This document shows positions 51,211 through 64,000 of a DNA stretch of 64,000 nt, one piece after another (position 1 is the stretch's first letter; each line of letters starts with the position of its first letter). The notes under the pieces are model-generated. The model was not told where the DNA came from and made no database searches. It worked only from the letters and a program-made list of their open reading frames with translations. The translations under genes and the position numbers were made by a program. Source of the DNA: Magallana gigas (lineage: Eukaryota); contig NC_088857.1 of NCBI RefSeq assembly GCF_963853765.1, positions 54,312,001 to 54,376,000 on the forward strand, read 5' to 3'.

Positions 51211-53575
51211 GGTGAAGGGGAGGGTTCAGATTGCTATTACAACCGTCATCTCCATTTATATAAAGCAATGTTCCTATTAGGTGGCGCTCTATAATGTCCT
51301 CCGGCTCAGGTTTGATAAATGTTGGTTTTAAAGTTTGTATCCCCCCAGAGGAACCGTATAACACAGAATTAAACAACTGTTACTTGTGAAAAAGAAGATG
51401 GCGGGGTTTAGAAGCGCTGGGACTCTGGTAAAGATCGTCTTCATTTTGGTCATCTCCGCCGTCTTATTCCACTTGATTGGTTTCTCCACGGTCAGTTGGT
51501 CACACGCCCACTCGGCCGATCAGTATGGGCACCGCCATATTACGTATCTCGGGCTCTGGATTGCTTGCGATCCGCACTGTTTCCGCTTATCACCAGGATT
51601 TGGTAATTAGATCATTAATTAATTATGAAATTAAATTATCAGTGGTATTTTAAGCTTTTTTATTATAAAAATTGATATGGAGACGAAAATATTAGAAACG
51701 ATTCCGATTTTTCGCAAAATGATTATGTTTTTTCTGACTCAAAGATTGATTTGGAATCGGTTTTGACTTTCGTTTAATACGGTAATCATTTGAGTATATT
51801 AGTTTTGTGTTACGATTGTCAAATAACGTATCTAGCCTTTGTCAGGCACGTAGCAACGGGTTGGGAAGGGGGGGGGGGGGGCTGGGGGAGCCAAGTCCTC
51901 CCTTTTTTGATAATATGTGACTTTTTAAAATTTTTATTATAAGAAAAATACGCGTACAAACATTTTAACCCCTCAACTTTTTGCCTGACCCATCCAATTA
52001 AAAAAAACAACGGTACGTCTGTTAGTTAGAGATATCAAAGGTTTGCAGCATTACACACTGTAGGGATATATCTCCTCTCACCTAAAGGGAACGCTCACGT
52101 GTAGGCGTGTATAAAGAATCTCCTCATCCATCGTGGTTTAGCCAATTAAATGGTGAAAAGAACGGTTAAAGGGGGGGGGGGAGAGAAAAAGTCTCCCTTT
52201 CTTTGAAAGAGAAAGACAGAAAGATTTTACCAGTTGAAAACCTTGCATGTTGCATATAACCATATGACCTTTACCTCTCTTTTGTTTCCACAGGTTGGTT
52301 TGGGGCTACACAGGCGCTTGAGACTATTGGATTAGTCGCTGGGTTTATCGGATTAATCCTGATCGTACTGTACATCTTTATCAACAAACTAGCAGGCAAC
52401 CGGACACTCTTTATCACTAGCCTGGTCGCAGTAGGAATAGCCGGTAAATGAACTTTTTAATTACATAATCTCTGTTATATATATATACTAATATATTTAT
52501 TTAACTTTCCCGTCTTTAATCAACATAAACACATTCACAAAACGACCAGAGGTGAAATAGAACATCAGGCAAATAATTGGTTGTTACCTGGTCACGTGAC
52601 GAACTGGTTCCCCTCAATTAATTTACATAGATTGCTCACACTTCACTGAGGATTCACTCGTATAAATGACAAGTATGGACCGTGTTTCTTAATTTGTGAA
52701 GGCAAAACATTCGTGGAAATCGACGAATGTAAGGTATCCACGAAAGTCACGAAAATTGAGCCACCTCCATATTTTAGTGATCTTAGTCATAGGCGTTCAA
52801 AGGAAAATTTCGTAATTAATACAGTTTGATCGGTCAGCTCCAGATAAAGTAGCTAAATATACTAGAGGTGTTAAAAATAATCTTAGTCTTAATGGTTGAT
52901 AGAAATACAGGTATCTTGTTGGACCACAAGGATTTTCTAAAATCTCATCCACACAGTGGTTCTATCGTTGGAACAATTGACATTGATAAATAGCGGTCTC
53001 AGTCTATAGTCTCATTTTATGCTAATAAAGTGTTAGCAACGATAGGTAAATTTAGTTACAAGAATATGAACATCACATTGTGATCCTAAGGATGTTAGTA
53101 ATAGACGATGCATAAACAGCAAGTTTGTCTTGTGTATTGTTTCTGATGTCTTTCTCTTTGATATACCCGCATTGCAATTTCTAGTTTCACATCACTGATA
53201 ATTTTTCTATGATGTACCCCTATTTCTATATCTTATAACACGTACAGATCTTCTACAATCCAATCTTTCTCTTTGATATACCCGCATCACTGATTAATTT
53301 TCTATGATTTATATACCCCTATTTCTATTTCTGATAACACATACCGATTTTCTACAATCCAATCTTTCTGTTTGATATACCCGTATTGCAGTAACTAATA
53401 CCACACACCGATCTTCTCTACTTCAGCCGGATCTACGCTGCTGGGGGTCGTTATCTACGGTGTGCACGGCAGCGCCCTCTCGTGGTCGTTTGCTCTGGCC
53501 GTTATAGGTGGACTATTGTACCTAGTGACAATGGCGCTGATGCTTGTCCACGTCAGCAAACCCAACGCCATCTGA
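50301..53575 (+). CDS. Claudin/PMP22-family tetraspan protein, isoform using exon 1a (50301-50493) plus shared exons 52294-52443 and 53427-53575, 163 aa
   Basis: TM1 and W-GLW-C-C (HW...TGLWRAC...HC); phase-1 donor GTGAGT fits the shared exon. Confidence 0.65.
51398..53575 (+). CDS. Same gene, isoform using exon 1b (51398-51602), 167 aa
   Basis: SW...LGLWIACDPHC, then WFGATQALETIG, then YG...LSWSFALAVIGG; four TM segments; GT-AG introns. Confidence 0.85.
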
Positions 53576-53949
53576 GGAGTCAGCAGGAGCATATGTCACC
53601 GATAAAGTGCCGAGGTCTTTATAGCTCTCCCCTAACACATCTCACTGGAAGAACATTTAAAAGTGCACAGAAAATACCCAACAGCGAAAATGAATAGAAA
53701 ATGATGTATATACTTCAGGAATATATGTATATATTGAAAATTTATAAATTATGAGCGAGAGTTCTACATACGTGTTTGTTTTCAATGCAAAGAAATTATT
53801 AGCATGATATATTGAGTGATTGCATATTTCTAACCCACAGCCACCGCTCTACCACTTCACTGACTCAGTCAATAAATTCACAACTACATCAACTTATGAA
53901 AGTATATCAACTACTATATTGCCATCCCATCATTCAGGTAACCCCACCA

Positions 53950-54450
53950 GCCTGTCCTTTTTTAATAGTAACACCGTTATTTTGCCTGTCCTTTATTATA
54001 AACTGTAGTAACACTGTTATTTTCCCTGCCCTTTATTTAAGTATTACCGTTATTTTGCCTGTCCTTTATTTTAGCAACACCGTTATTTTCCCTGTCCTTT
54101 ATTATAGTAACACCGTTATTTTGCCTGTCTTTTATAATAAACTGTAGTAACACTGTTATTTTGCCTGTTCTTTATTATAAACTATAGTAACACCGTTATT
54201 TTCCCTGTCTTTTATAATAAACCGTAGTTACACCGTTATTTTGCCTGTCCTTTATTATAAACTGTAGTAACACCGTTATTTGCCTGTCCTTTATTATAAA
54301 CTGTAGTAACACTGTTATTTTTGCCTGTCTTTTATTATAAACTGTAGGAACACTGTTATTTTGCCTGTCCTTTATTATAGTAACGCCGTTATTTTGCCTG
54401 TCCTTTATTATAAACTGTAGGAACACTGTTATTTTGCCCGTCCTTTATTA
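53950..54450. repeat. AT-rich minisatellite (~32-40 bp, TAGTAACACCGTTATTTTGCCTGTCCTTTATTA[TAAACTG]), left part
   Basis: Directly visible. Confidence 0.9.
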
Positions 54451-55469
54451 TTACTAAAACCGATTTGGTTTGACTTTTCCGATCGCGTCGCGTTCAACTT
54501 TTTCAGCTACGTCATACATAAACAATACCCGCACCTTAACCACAATTTTTTTATTGGTGGATTCAGCTAACCGCTGATTGGCTGCTGGTTAACTAAGACT
54601 AAATTATGCACGGACAGAACAACAACAGATCAGAGAATGAAAAATTCACATGGGTACTCGTGACTGTCGAAATTGGGCTATTTTTCGAAAGTGTACACTT
54701 GTGATAAAACAATACATACGGTACATAACATATATAGCTGTAGCTCTGTGTATAAATTTTGGGTTAGAAAATATAAAGCTACAGTGCATACAATACTTAC
54801 ATGTACAAAAAAACTACGGCAATTTGCCGCGTATAAAAATAACGCTATTTTTGAAAAAGATTTACATCATACCATACCACATTTTGTGCAAATAATCCAT
54901 TTAAATAATTCTTCATTTAGTTTACTACTGTTAATAATTGTATGTTACTTGCCCCCAAACTTTCTCCTATTAAACAACCTTTAACCGTACTCGGAAAGCG
55001 GATCAAGAACTGTATTTTTTATGCATGTAAACAAACCAGTGTTCATGTATTGAGCTGGTGATCGGGGGTTCAGAGACAGGTAAAATAAAGAAAACTGCAG
55101 TAAATGGTTTGTGGATATTTTAGTTTATATATATTTACACAAGGTAAACATTTAGGGCAACAGAAGAGAAACGAATCGGACACTTGCCTGATGAAGACAC
55201 ACTTGCACTCTCCACTTCCGTCTCGTTCTTTCTCACCATCGTTCAATTCTTTTATTGACTGTCGATTGCCGATCGAAAGGTGTAGAAATCGAGGAATTCA
55301 TATCTATCACTTCGACTGGCAAGTAAGTAGGTAATACATGTGCATTATACATTTACAGTATTTACATGAAATGAACGCTTACCACATGCAACTTTTAAAT
55401 ATTATATTTTTTTATAACGCCGTTCTCTGGACCGTAGCTTGAGGCTATGGTTTAACGCCCGTTTACAGA

Positions 55470-55519
<50 letters not shown>

Positions 55520-55753
55520 CACAGAATTTAAACATAGGGGATAGTCGATTTCGAATGAATAATATTGGGGGAAATGAACTGTTCTGAGAAATCCTTCAGC
55601 TCTGGCCTTGCATAAGCGTGTACTGATAACTCCGCCTACGAAAAGGAGTTAATAACCAATCATAAAGTTTTCACAACGGCGGCGTGTATAATTTATGCAT
55701 GACGTAGCTGACAGAAATGATCGTGAAAAGTCAAACCAAATCGGTTTTGATAA
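54451..55753. mobile_element. 1.3-kb non-autonomous TIR element inserted into the minisatellite, TA TSD
   Basis: Perfect 24-bp inverted match AAAACCGATTTGGTTTGACTTTTC, extending imperfectly to ~90 bp. TA at 54449-50 and 55754-55. Confidence 0.7.
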
Positions 55754-56304
55754 TATAGTAACGCCGTTATTTTGCCTGTCCTTTATTATAGTAACGCCGT
55801 TATTTTGCCTGTCCTTTATTATAGTAACGCCGTTATTTTGCCCGTCCTTTATTATAGTAACGCCGTTATTTTGCCTGTCCTTTATTATAAAATGTAGTAA
55901 CACTGTTATTTTGCCCGTCCTTTATTATAGTAACGCCGTTATTTTGCCTGTCCTTTATTATAGTAACGCCGTTATTTTGCCCGTCCTTTATTATAGTAAC
56001 GCCGTTATTTTGCCTGTCTTTTATTATAAACTGTAGTAACACTGTTATTTTGCCCGTCCTTTATTATAGTAACGCCGTTATTTTGCCTGTCCTTTATTAT
56101 AAACTGTAGTAACACTGTTATTTTGCCCGTCCTTTATTATAGTAACGCCGTTATTTTGCCTGTCCTTTATTATAAACTGTAGTAACACTGTTATTTTGCC
56201 CGTCCTTTATTATAGTAACGCCGTTATTTTGCCTGTCCTTTATTATAAACTGTAGTAACACCGTTATTTTGCCTGTCCTTTATTTTAGTAACACCGTTAT
56301 TTTG
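55754..56304. repeat. Same minisatellite, right part, same orientation
   Basis: Directly visible. Confidence 0.9.
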
Positions 56305-58445
56305 AGGCTTTGCGGTATAGAATGTATAATTTAGTATAAATTCAGCTTTAAAATGTTCAAATAGGACAGGCGGGAAAAACTTCTTTGATAAGCGACCACT
56401 TTATATTTTAATTAATTCATATTGTTGGCGTTCCAATTTAACATTATTATATTCAAAAATTTACAAAGTTCTCAACCTGATTTACTAAACGCCGGAAACT
56501 ATAAATGAACAGTCTCGGAAGTTAAACCGAAATCAGTTTTATTTTTCGTACATGTGTATATAGAATTTCGATACAACTCGATGAATATCTGGACTCTAGC
56601 TCTGGAGGTGTGGTTTTTTCCAATAGATCATTTAGAATTCTCTGGGTTGTACAACATCACCTGTCATCGAATTCCGATGCTCTCCGTTACATCAGCTACA
56701 CACGACATTGATGGGGTTATGAAAGACCAATAAAATCTTTCGAGAGAATTAAATTCAGGCGAGTATCCCAATGTCTATGAATTTAGTGCGGATTTTATTT
56801 TCTTTTTAAATGAGAGATGGTTTCGTTGTGGGTTGATAAATAATCAATGTCTTCTGCTTTCGCGTGGAAGCAGTGAAATCGACAAACAGCCATCTATAGA
56901 ACGACTAGTTTCCGGCAAGTGCACAGTGACTAACACACAAGGAACAAATTTTAATCTCGTCTTTTTAGACGGAAATGTGTACTTCTCTCCTCGAGTTTGG
57001 GAAACATACACTGGGACTGACAAGGGATGTGTACAGCAGAGCAGTTATTTATAGCATGCTTTAGCTGTACGAGCTTTTAACTGTACGTACAGTCTATTGC
57101 TTTGAACTACACGTGCGGAGGCGATGTCTTAAGAATAAGTTCAGGTTAGTCCAAACTTTTGTAGTTTATGAAAGTGATGCATACGAATGAGTGATAATTC
57201 AACCTTATACAAATATGGAACTAGCTGCATGTTAAAAATCGATAATTTGCAAATCGTATTTCTGCACGTAGCAGTCCTTCTTATTCAGAGCTCTGGAGGA
57301 ATTTGAGGATAACAAAACTGTAGCTTACCGAACAAAAATCAAATCCTACTCTAGCAACCCATTTGTAAAAATTTGTATTGTTATCAATTGCAACTTTTGT
57401 AATTTTGCTATTGATTAGATAACTTAATCTTTTGGTAAAACCTCACAGAGCCCACAGTCCCGTATAGTAACGCCTTAAACTGTATTTCTATCAGCTGTAC
57501 GACACATAATGTGACACCCTGAATCATACAGTGCATGCATATAGATGTACGAGTTGTTTTGGCATGCAAATCGCGACCCTCCCACCGGAAGACGGACCTA
57601 TGCCGGTCCTTAAACAACCCCACAGAGAGCCGCGTAACGCAAAGTATTGTGTCCTTTCCAATATATTTCATTTTATCAAATAAAATATACAACATGACTG
57701 GAAAGGACAATTGCATAGAGGAAAACTCGTGTGTTTAAAGCTCTAACACACAACAATTCGTCTAAAGCCCTGATACACGACAAAAGCTCTGATACACGAT
57801 AATTCGTCAAAGGTCGCTTTTGCTGACAAGAAAATTGTTCTCTATTTGTTAGAAATCATCGATCCAGGCCCCAGAGGTTTCGATACCTAGCCATGCTAAC
57901 TAAATATGTATTCACTAACGGAACTGGAATCCCCTGGTCGCTCAAATCCTAATCGTCTGTTTGTTTCTTTTGCAGGGAGATTCCGCGTGACGAAGAAGCA
58001 GACGTTCGTTTGATCAATAGCATCAGTTCCCGGCAAGAAAGTGGCGATAAATTTAGTTAATGTCGAACCATTGATTCCCTCGTTTGCTTTAGAAATTTAA
58101 TGAACACGAGCGCTGGAGAACGCATTTGGACTTCGGAATTCTAGGATTAAAAATTCCTCTGATCTGTGTTCATTATTGGAACTCTCAGCAATCTCAAAAC
58201 GTGTGCTAATTGCTAATTAAATAGCAGTTTTCAATGAATTATGCCCGGATTTGAATACAGCTCGTTTGATTAGCACAAATTTGAGCCCCGTGCACACGGA
58301 ATCAATGTGAATTGAACGTGTGTTCGATTTCTGTGACAATAATGATGCACACAGATTTGTGAGGTATTTCGCTGGGATTTCGTCGTTAATTGGCCTGGAA
58401 CTAGCATGAAAAACTGCCATATTTTATTTCATTTTTTCATTCGTT

Positions 58446-59264
58446 ATGGAGAAGTCGAGAAGAGCTTCAATAGACAGGAAAGGGATACAGTCCTTGTTTA
58501 TTCCCGCCGTTCCAAAGATTGTGTTCGAGACATCTGAGGCCTGCGGCCATGACACTACTGGTGGCACCATCCCTCATTCTCATTCCGCCGGGGAGCTGGC
58601 ATTGACCAATGAAAACAGTCATCTACATAACGCACAGCTCCCGTCGTCCGAGAGTAGCGAGTCCAGTTCTCGTTCGACACTTGACCTTTACTGTTCACCC
58701 CGCCTGCAAAGACGGAAAGTGTTCCAGTTCGACCAGGATGATTTAGAACAGTCTATGACGGAAACCATGGTGTCCCGGAAGTCGACGAATACATTAGGAC
58801 CCGGAAGTAAAATTGGAAGCACGTTGTCATTGACAAGTGAATGTACAGCAAGAAGCATCGGGCTCATTTCAAATGATTCGTCTTCAGATAGCACGCAGTT
58901 CTCGGACAAGCTGGAACAGATAAAACAAAAGCAGAACTATCTCCGGAGGTATGCTTCAAACCCGGAGAAAAATCAGAGCGACTCTGTGGAAAATAGTGTG
59001 CAAAGAAGCGTGAAGTCTTTCAGTAATCTGCAGTCCGACGGTCACAAGACGAGTGATGTAGGGAGCGACAGTATGGATGACAGTCTGTGTGATTTCGTCA
59101 CAGCGCGGGAAGTTCAAGAGCAGATGAGACGCTTTTCTGTCGCAAACTCAAATGACAATTCTTCATCAAATCTTATAACCATGGTAACGGATGACTCTGA
59201 CATGAAGGAAGGTCGAATCCGACAATGGCTGACAAATATAGATGCGAACGATGGGTCGCCCTAG
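58446..59264 (+). CDS. Uncharacterised 272-aa Ser-rich, probably disordered protein; the 5'UTR has an intron acceptor at 57975
   Basis: Long GC-richer ORF preceded by a strong acceptor, TTGTTTCTTTTGCAG. Confidence 0.7.
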   Translation: MEKSRRASIDRKGIQSLFIPAVPKIVFETSEACGHDTTGGTIPHSHSAGELALTNENSHLHNAQLPSSESSESSSRSTLDLYCSPRLQRRKVFQFDQDDLEQSMTETMVSRKSTNTLGPGSKIGSTLSLTSECTARSIGLISNDSSSDSTQFSDKLEQIKQKQNYLRRYASNPEKNQSDSVENSVQRSVKSFSNLQSDGHKTSDVGSDSMDDSLCDFVTAREVQEQMRRFSVANSNDNSSSNLITMVTDDSDMKEGRIRQWLTNIDANDGSP

Positions 59265-60194
59265 GGCAACGCCCGAGCTGTGTACGTGTTCGACCTACAA
59301 ATCGGGCATTGGGAGTCTTATGTGCGGTCCTTTTGTATGGATATAGCATTTGTCCTCGATGTGAAATTGTACCATATAACATACACCTGTATCGTAGATC
59401 TTAGTGGCCAAAGAAAACAGTTTGGGTTTTTGTCTATAATGCTAGTTATCTTTATTTTCCACAAGGCGTACAAGTGATACCAGAAAGTGGAGATCCAGTG
59501 ATTTCTACGTCTAAATCTTTCTGTAAAACATTTAGATACAGGTTCTTAGTGCATATATAAACTTATGTATGAATTTTAAGTACATGCGGACGGACAGGAG
59601 AGTACGTTCAGATAGCACCAACCTTCCATTGAACCACCCGGATGTAGTTAGCTGGAGTTTATCTACCCTGTGTTCTTTGACCGCGCGATGCCATTCATTA
59701 TTCACAAATTAATGGTTCAAGTACAGACAGCCCTGGTCGATAGATATGATAGCCATTCCCAAGTCATTTACCATAGCTCGCTCGCGATCCAGTTTTCTTA
59801 ATTCAATTGTTTCGGAACAAAGATGCATTGTGATTATTAAATACTAGTACTCTCTGCTTTCAAAGCAAAACTTTGGAAAAATCAAGTTGATTTTTTTCGT
59901 GTTCATCCCTCTGATACATGTAGGATTCGTCGGAACGCTGGTTTGAAAAATAGTTTAAGTATCGTTTTCCTGGGGATGGGGAGGGTGGAGGATATTATGT
60001 GCTGAAGAATTTGGGATGGAGGTGGGGGGGGGGGAGGCGTGACTCGGCATGGACTAACATTGAACCAGTTTTTAAACAATGTGATACATTTAGTCTATAC
60101 CAATTTTTAAAACAAGTAGTGCATGAAGAGATCTCTAGACAAAGTGTGTACAAGCTGTAACCATACATCGTTAGGGTAAGTTATACAGGACTTT

Positions 60195-60384
60195 GTATCG
60201 GGTGTAGGACTCGGCAGCCGCCGTATGTACCGGGTGTAGGACTCGGCAGCCGCCGTATGTATCGGGTGTAGGACTCGGCAGCCGCCGTATGTACCGGGTG
60301 TAGGACTCGGCAGCCGGCGTGTGTACCGGGTGTAGGACTCGGCACCCGCCGTATATATCGGATGTAGGACTCGGCAGCCGCCGG
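60195..60384. repeat. 32-bp GC-rich minisatellite (GTATCGGGTGTAGGACTCGGCAGCCGCCGTAT), ~6 copies
   Basis: Directly visible. Confidence 0.9.
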
Positions 60385-63332
60385 TAGAACCTGACGGTGA
60401 TGAATACATCGTGTTTCTTCTGAGGCTGTGTACTGACATTGATCCGAAATCGATAGCTCTGTGATTGATCGATTTGCTAAGATCAATCGTTTTCGTTCTC
60501 ACTGGATTACCGAAGAAAAATGGGAACTTTGCTCGACATGTACATCTATCAGAATTATACATATAATGGTCCGAACTGTTTTACACTAATAAGCTACAAC
60601 TTTGAATATTGTTTATGTTTGTGTTTATTAAAGTTTCCTTTTTCACTAGATTTGTTTTGGATAACGTCATGTAAATGTTCTTCTGATGCTCAAAGAATCA
60701 GGACAGTATACGTGTATGGTTTTAGTTGTTAAGTAATGGTACCTTGTGGGGTGAAAGGCTATTATGCGTACGTGGGCGAAAAGAAATATGTAAATGAAGC
60801 TCCAAATAATCCCTCTAAATGTTCTCTAATAAATTCATCCTCTAGAATCCGTCAGTAAAAATAGAAATGTCTCTTGTGTATTTCTGTTTTCTTCAGATCT
60901 AAATAACCGATTATGTAAAACAAGCTGCAAAATTTGTACAAAACAAGATGGCGCCATCTAAACAAGTGTTGCTCCGACCGAAGTTCGAGTATTTTATAGG
61001 AAATTCTAATCGTACAGTACCACGTGGTTCGGTATTATTCTGAATATTCCGGAAAACAAGATAAACCAGAGAAAAATATAACCATATTTTTCCGATGTTC
61101 TTCCGTTGGGTGCTGTAATATGTGTATATCACGAAGTTCTGCCTAATTATCTATCTGTAGAACCGCATTGTTGTCATTTAACGAACACGTGATAGAGTCT
61201 TAATACTCTAGACGATGAGTTTTGTCAAGAAATCGCATCTAACCCAAAGTTCCTACATGCGTGTCTTTTGTCTCTAGAGGCTAATCAAACCTAAAAACGC
61301 ATACTTCTGAAACATTAAATGCGAAATCAAGGATAATTCCCACATGCACGATATCATGTGCTTTTTTACCCCTTGAAATCAAAATTGCGAATAAATAACT
61401 GTTTTCACTTTTCATGTAGTCTTTTTTTTCTTAATCAAAGCTTGTTGCAATAGAAAATATTAAAATATTTATAAAGCATCTTAAAATACAAATCGCACCC
61501 ACAAGCTTTTTTTTTGATATACTAGTATTTCAAATCGCACAACAGCCATTGGCCTTTTATGACTTGAATATCAATAACTTAAAGCTCAGCTCGCTGAGTA
61601 ATTGATTTTGTTACGTTATACTGTCGCATTTCCATTTTAAAATGATTCCAATCTGATTTAAAAATGTCGTTTCAGCAGATTTAAAAACAACACTAACTGT
61701 ATGGATGCGTTATACGGAGCATAGAGTTCTCTCCGTTTGGGTTGGGCGAGTCTGATATCTGGGTTTCATTTCGTGATTGTGACAGTGAGAGTAAAACTGC
61801 ACAATGACTTTGACACGTATCAGTACCTTGATTGATCGTTATTCCCAGAAACAGGGAGAAAAATCAATGCACAAATATTGCAGTTATTGTGGAATGTTTA
61901 TGCAATGTTATGAACTCATGCTAATCTTCCTATGACGTTCGTTCTCTCTTTGTTTTTCCATATTATAATTTTTTCTTATGAAACAAGTTGAATAACATTA
62001 TCAGATATCTTATGTTCGTTCTTTCTTTGCTTTTCCAAATTATTATTTTTTCTTATGAAACAAGTTAGATAACATTTTCAGATATTTTATGTTCGCTTTC
62101 ATATCACATGCATGGAATAAGACCATGCAGTGTGATTTTAAAAGTTATTTTAGTATATATGGTAATCGCCTTCTTCTAATAATAGTTGTAGACACGCCCA
62201 TTATTCCTAAGGATGACGAAGTGATACAGCCAATCGGAATCTTACACCGCCACCTTACTTATTGGAGTATTTTCTGTGTTTGTCGAAGACGAATCAAACA
62301 GAAATCGTTTGATTAAATAGTAAATACGGACTTTTTCATTTATGTTTTTAAAAACAGTGCTTGAATGCATTTGTTTAGAAAATCAAAAGAACTTGGTTGT
62401 TGATATGCTATTATTGCGAGTTTATCATTTTCAGATATGATGGTACGTATCAGTGGTTTAATTAATATTCAGCATCCTTAATCACGAAAGCGTTGAATTA
62501 ACTTCAGTCATATGTTATACATGGGAAGAAGATATGATTTGTAAAATTTGAAGGATATCTTATTTTTTTTATTTGCAAATATATAGATTGCTTCGGTGGC
62601 TGCATATTATGACTAGAATATAGTCATGATATTCATATTTATACAAGAAAATTTTACAAGGAATTTAGCCAAGTCTGTCAGATGTTCCAGACGCTCATAA
62701 TAAATACTGACAATAGAGAGAAGTCACATTATCTATATGCAAGTCTACTGGTAGTATTTATCGGAATTCACAGAAAAGCTTTTAAGCGTTTTACTTTTAC
62801 GATACGGCGCTGAAAGATAAAACCGGGTTGCGAGCAATTAAGTTTACAGTGTACTTGATATATGGTAGACATTGATTTGCAGAAAAACATTTGCATGTAT
62901 CTTTGTACACAGACAGATATATTTCTGCTTTCAAAGCAATATTATACAACTTTTAAATGCCTCAGCATTCAATAGACCAGAATATTTTTCTTGGGGAGCG
63001 GTAACTCAGTGGTTCTATTGCCCGAGGCCAAGGGCCGAGGACCACGGAACACACTGAACTGTTTCCTGTATTAACGGAAAAGTGGTCTGGACTATTGACT
63101 GCTCGGACATTAGATAATTGTTTTATAACGTATTATCATTTTTAGTATTTGGTGTTTGCAGTTGTATATATTTCTTCATGTTGCTGGTCCAATAGATTGA
63201 AGTCTAATGACCGGCAGTCCAATAGATCACAGTCAGTTCAATACATTGGTTTCAATAGTTAAATAAAAGAAAAAAATTACTTTCATTAGGTAAAAAAAAA
63301 CATCACTAGGTAATATACTTTTAAAGGTGGCT

Positions 63333-63655
63333 TGCATGTTAATGTAACTGATGAGCGACATGAAAATGTAATTGATAGGCTACATGTAAATGTAATTGAT
63401 GGGCTACATGTAAATGTAACTGATGAGCTACATGTAAATGTATCTGATGAGCGACACGAAAATGTAATCAATGGACTAATGTAAAAGTAACTAATGGTCT
63501 ACATGTGGATGTAACTGATGATCTACATAAAAATGTAACTAATATGTTACGTGTAAATGTAACTGTGAGATACATATAAATGTAACTGATATGTTACGTG
63601 TAAATGTAACTGATGAACTACATATAAATGTAACTAATATGTTACGTGTAAATGT
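63333..63655. repeat. Degenerate ~24-bp minisatellite (ATGTAAATGTAACTGATGAGCTAC)
   Basis: Directly visible. Confidence 0.8.
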
Positions 63656-64000
63656 TACTCAATAAGACGTAAAACACAGGCTCTTGTTTCCAACATGGTA
63701 TGAATTTAAATTATGCATATGGGGTAAATTTTATCGCGGAAACAAATGTCTGTGATGTAAAGTATAAAATGCGGAAATGAAAACAGGTGGCCTACATGTA
63801 CGTGTTAACTGGTGGTATACATGCAGTTTCGTAGACTGGTCTTGTTTCTATCGTACGATTGCTCGCGCTTGCCTTCTTCGTTGATTCGGGGCACAATGTC
63901 GGGGACATAGCTCTACAAACTGCAGTAAACACTGTGTTGCAATTTAGGAAAGCCAGGGAACAGATGCTAAAGTAGAATTTTTTTTATTTTTTTCGTAAGT

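Noticed and set aside
53841-53938. Possible plus-strand exon (PPLYHFTDSVNKF...)
   Set aside because: No partner exons found. It contains an AATAAA and more likely belongs to the claudin 3' UTR
53812-56036. ORFs translated from the minisatellite (VTPLFCLSFII repeats)
   Set aside because: Artefacts of the repeat unit

Overview
Eukaryotic, AT-rich, intron-containing genomic DNA, most likely an oyster. This is an inference from the 659-aa cognate HSP70 with an NQSQ insert, which I recall as typical of Crassostrea/Magallana. There are no prokaryotic features, CRISPR arrays or rRNA/tRNA genes. Most supplied ORFs are antisense shadows or single exons, so I rebuilt genes by hand from GT-AG splice sites and codon phase. 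Gene order: REC114 (-, 6 exons, 201 aa), head-to-head with MFF (+, 4 exons, 225 aa); an intronless 206-aa orphan ORF; a two-finger C2H2 protein with a spliced uORF; two tandem, deeply diverged TTC25/ODAD4 paralogs (-, about 670 and 597 aa, same intron phases); HSC70 (+, 659 aa) with HSE promoter and an intronic U14 snoRNA; a claudin/PMP22-family gene with two alternative first coding exons; and a 272-aa low-complexity ORF. Introns and intergenic DNA hold non-autonomous DNA transposons (tandem Helentron-type elements, MITEs), a LINE relic and many tandem repeats. The most interesting signals are (1) tandem repeats that amplify splice sites, including a 10 x 42-bp array that gives ten in-frame 5' donors in TTC25, (2) claudin-10/18-style swapping of the first extracellular loop, (3) U14 hosted in an hsc70 intron as in vertebrates, and (4) the TTC25 paralog pair. 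I see no evidence for a wholly new biological system beyond these. All homology calls come from recalled motifs, not database searches.
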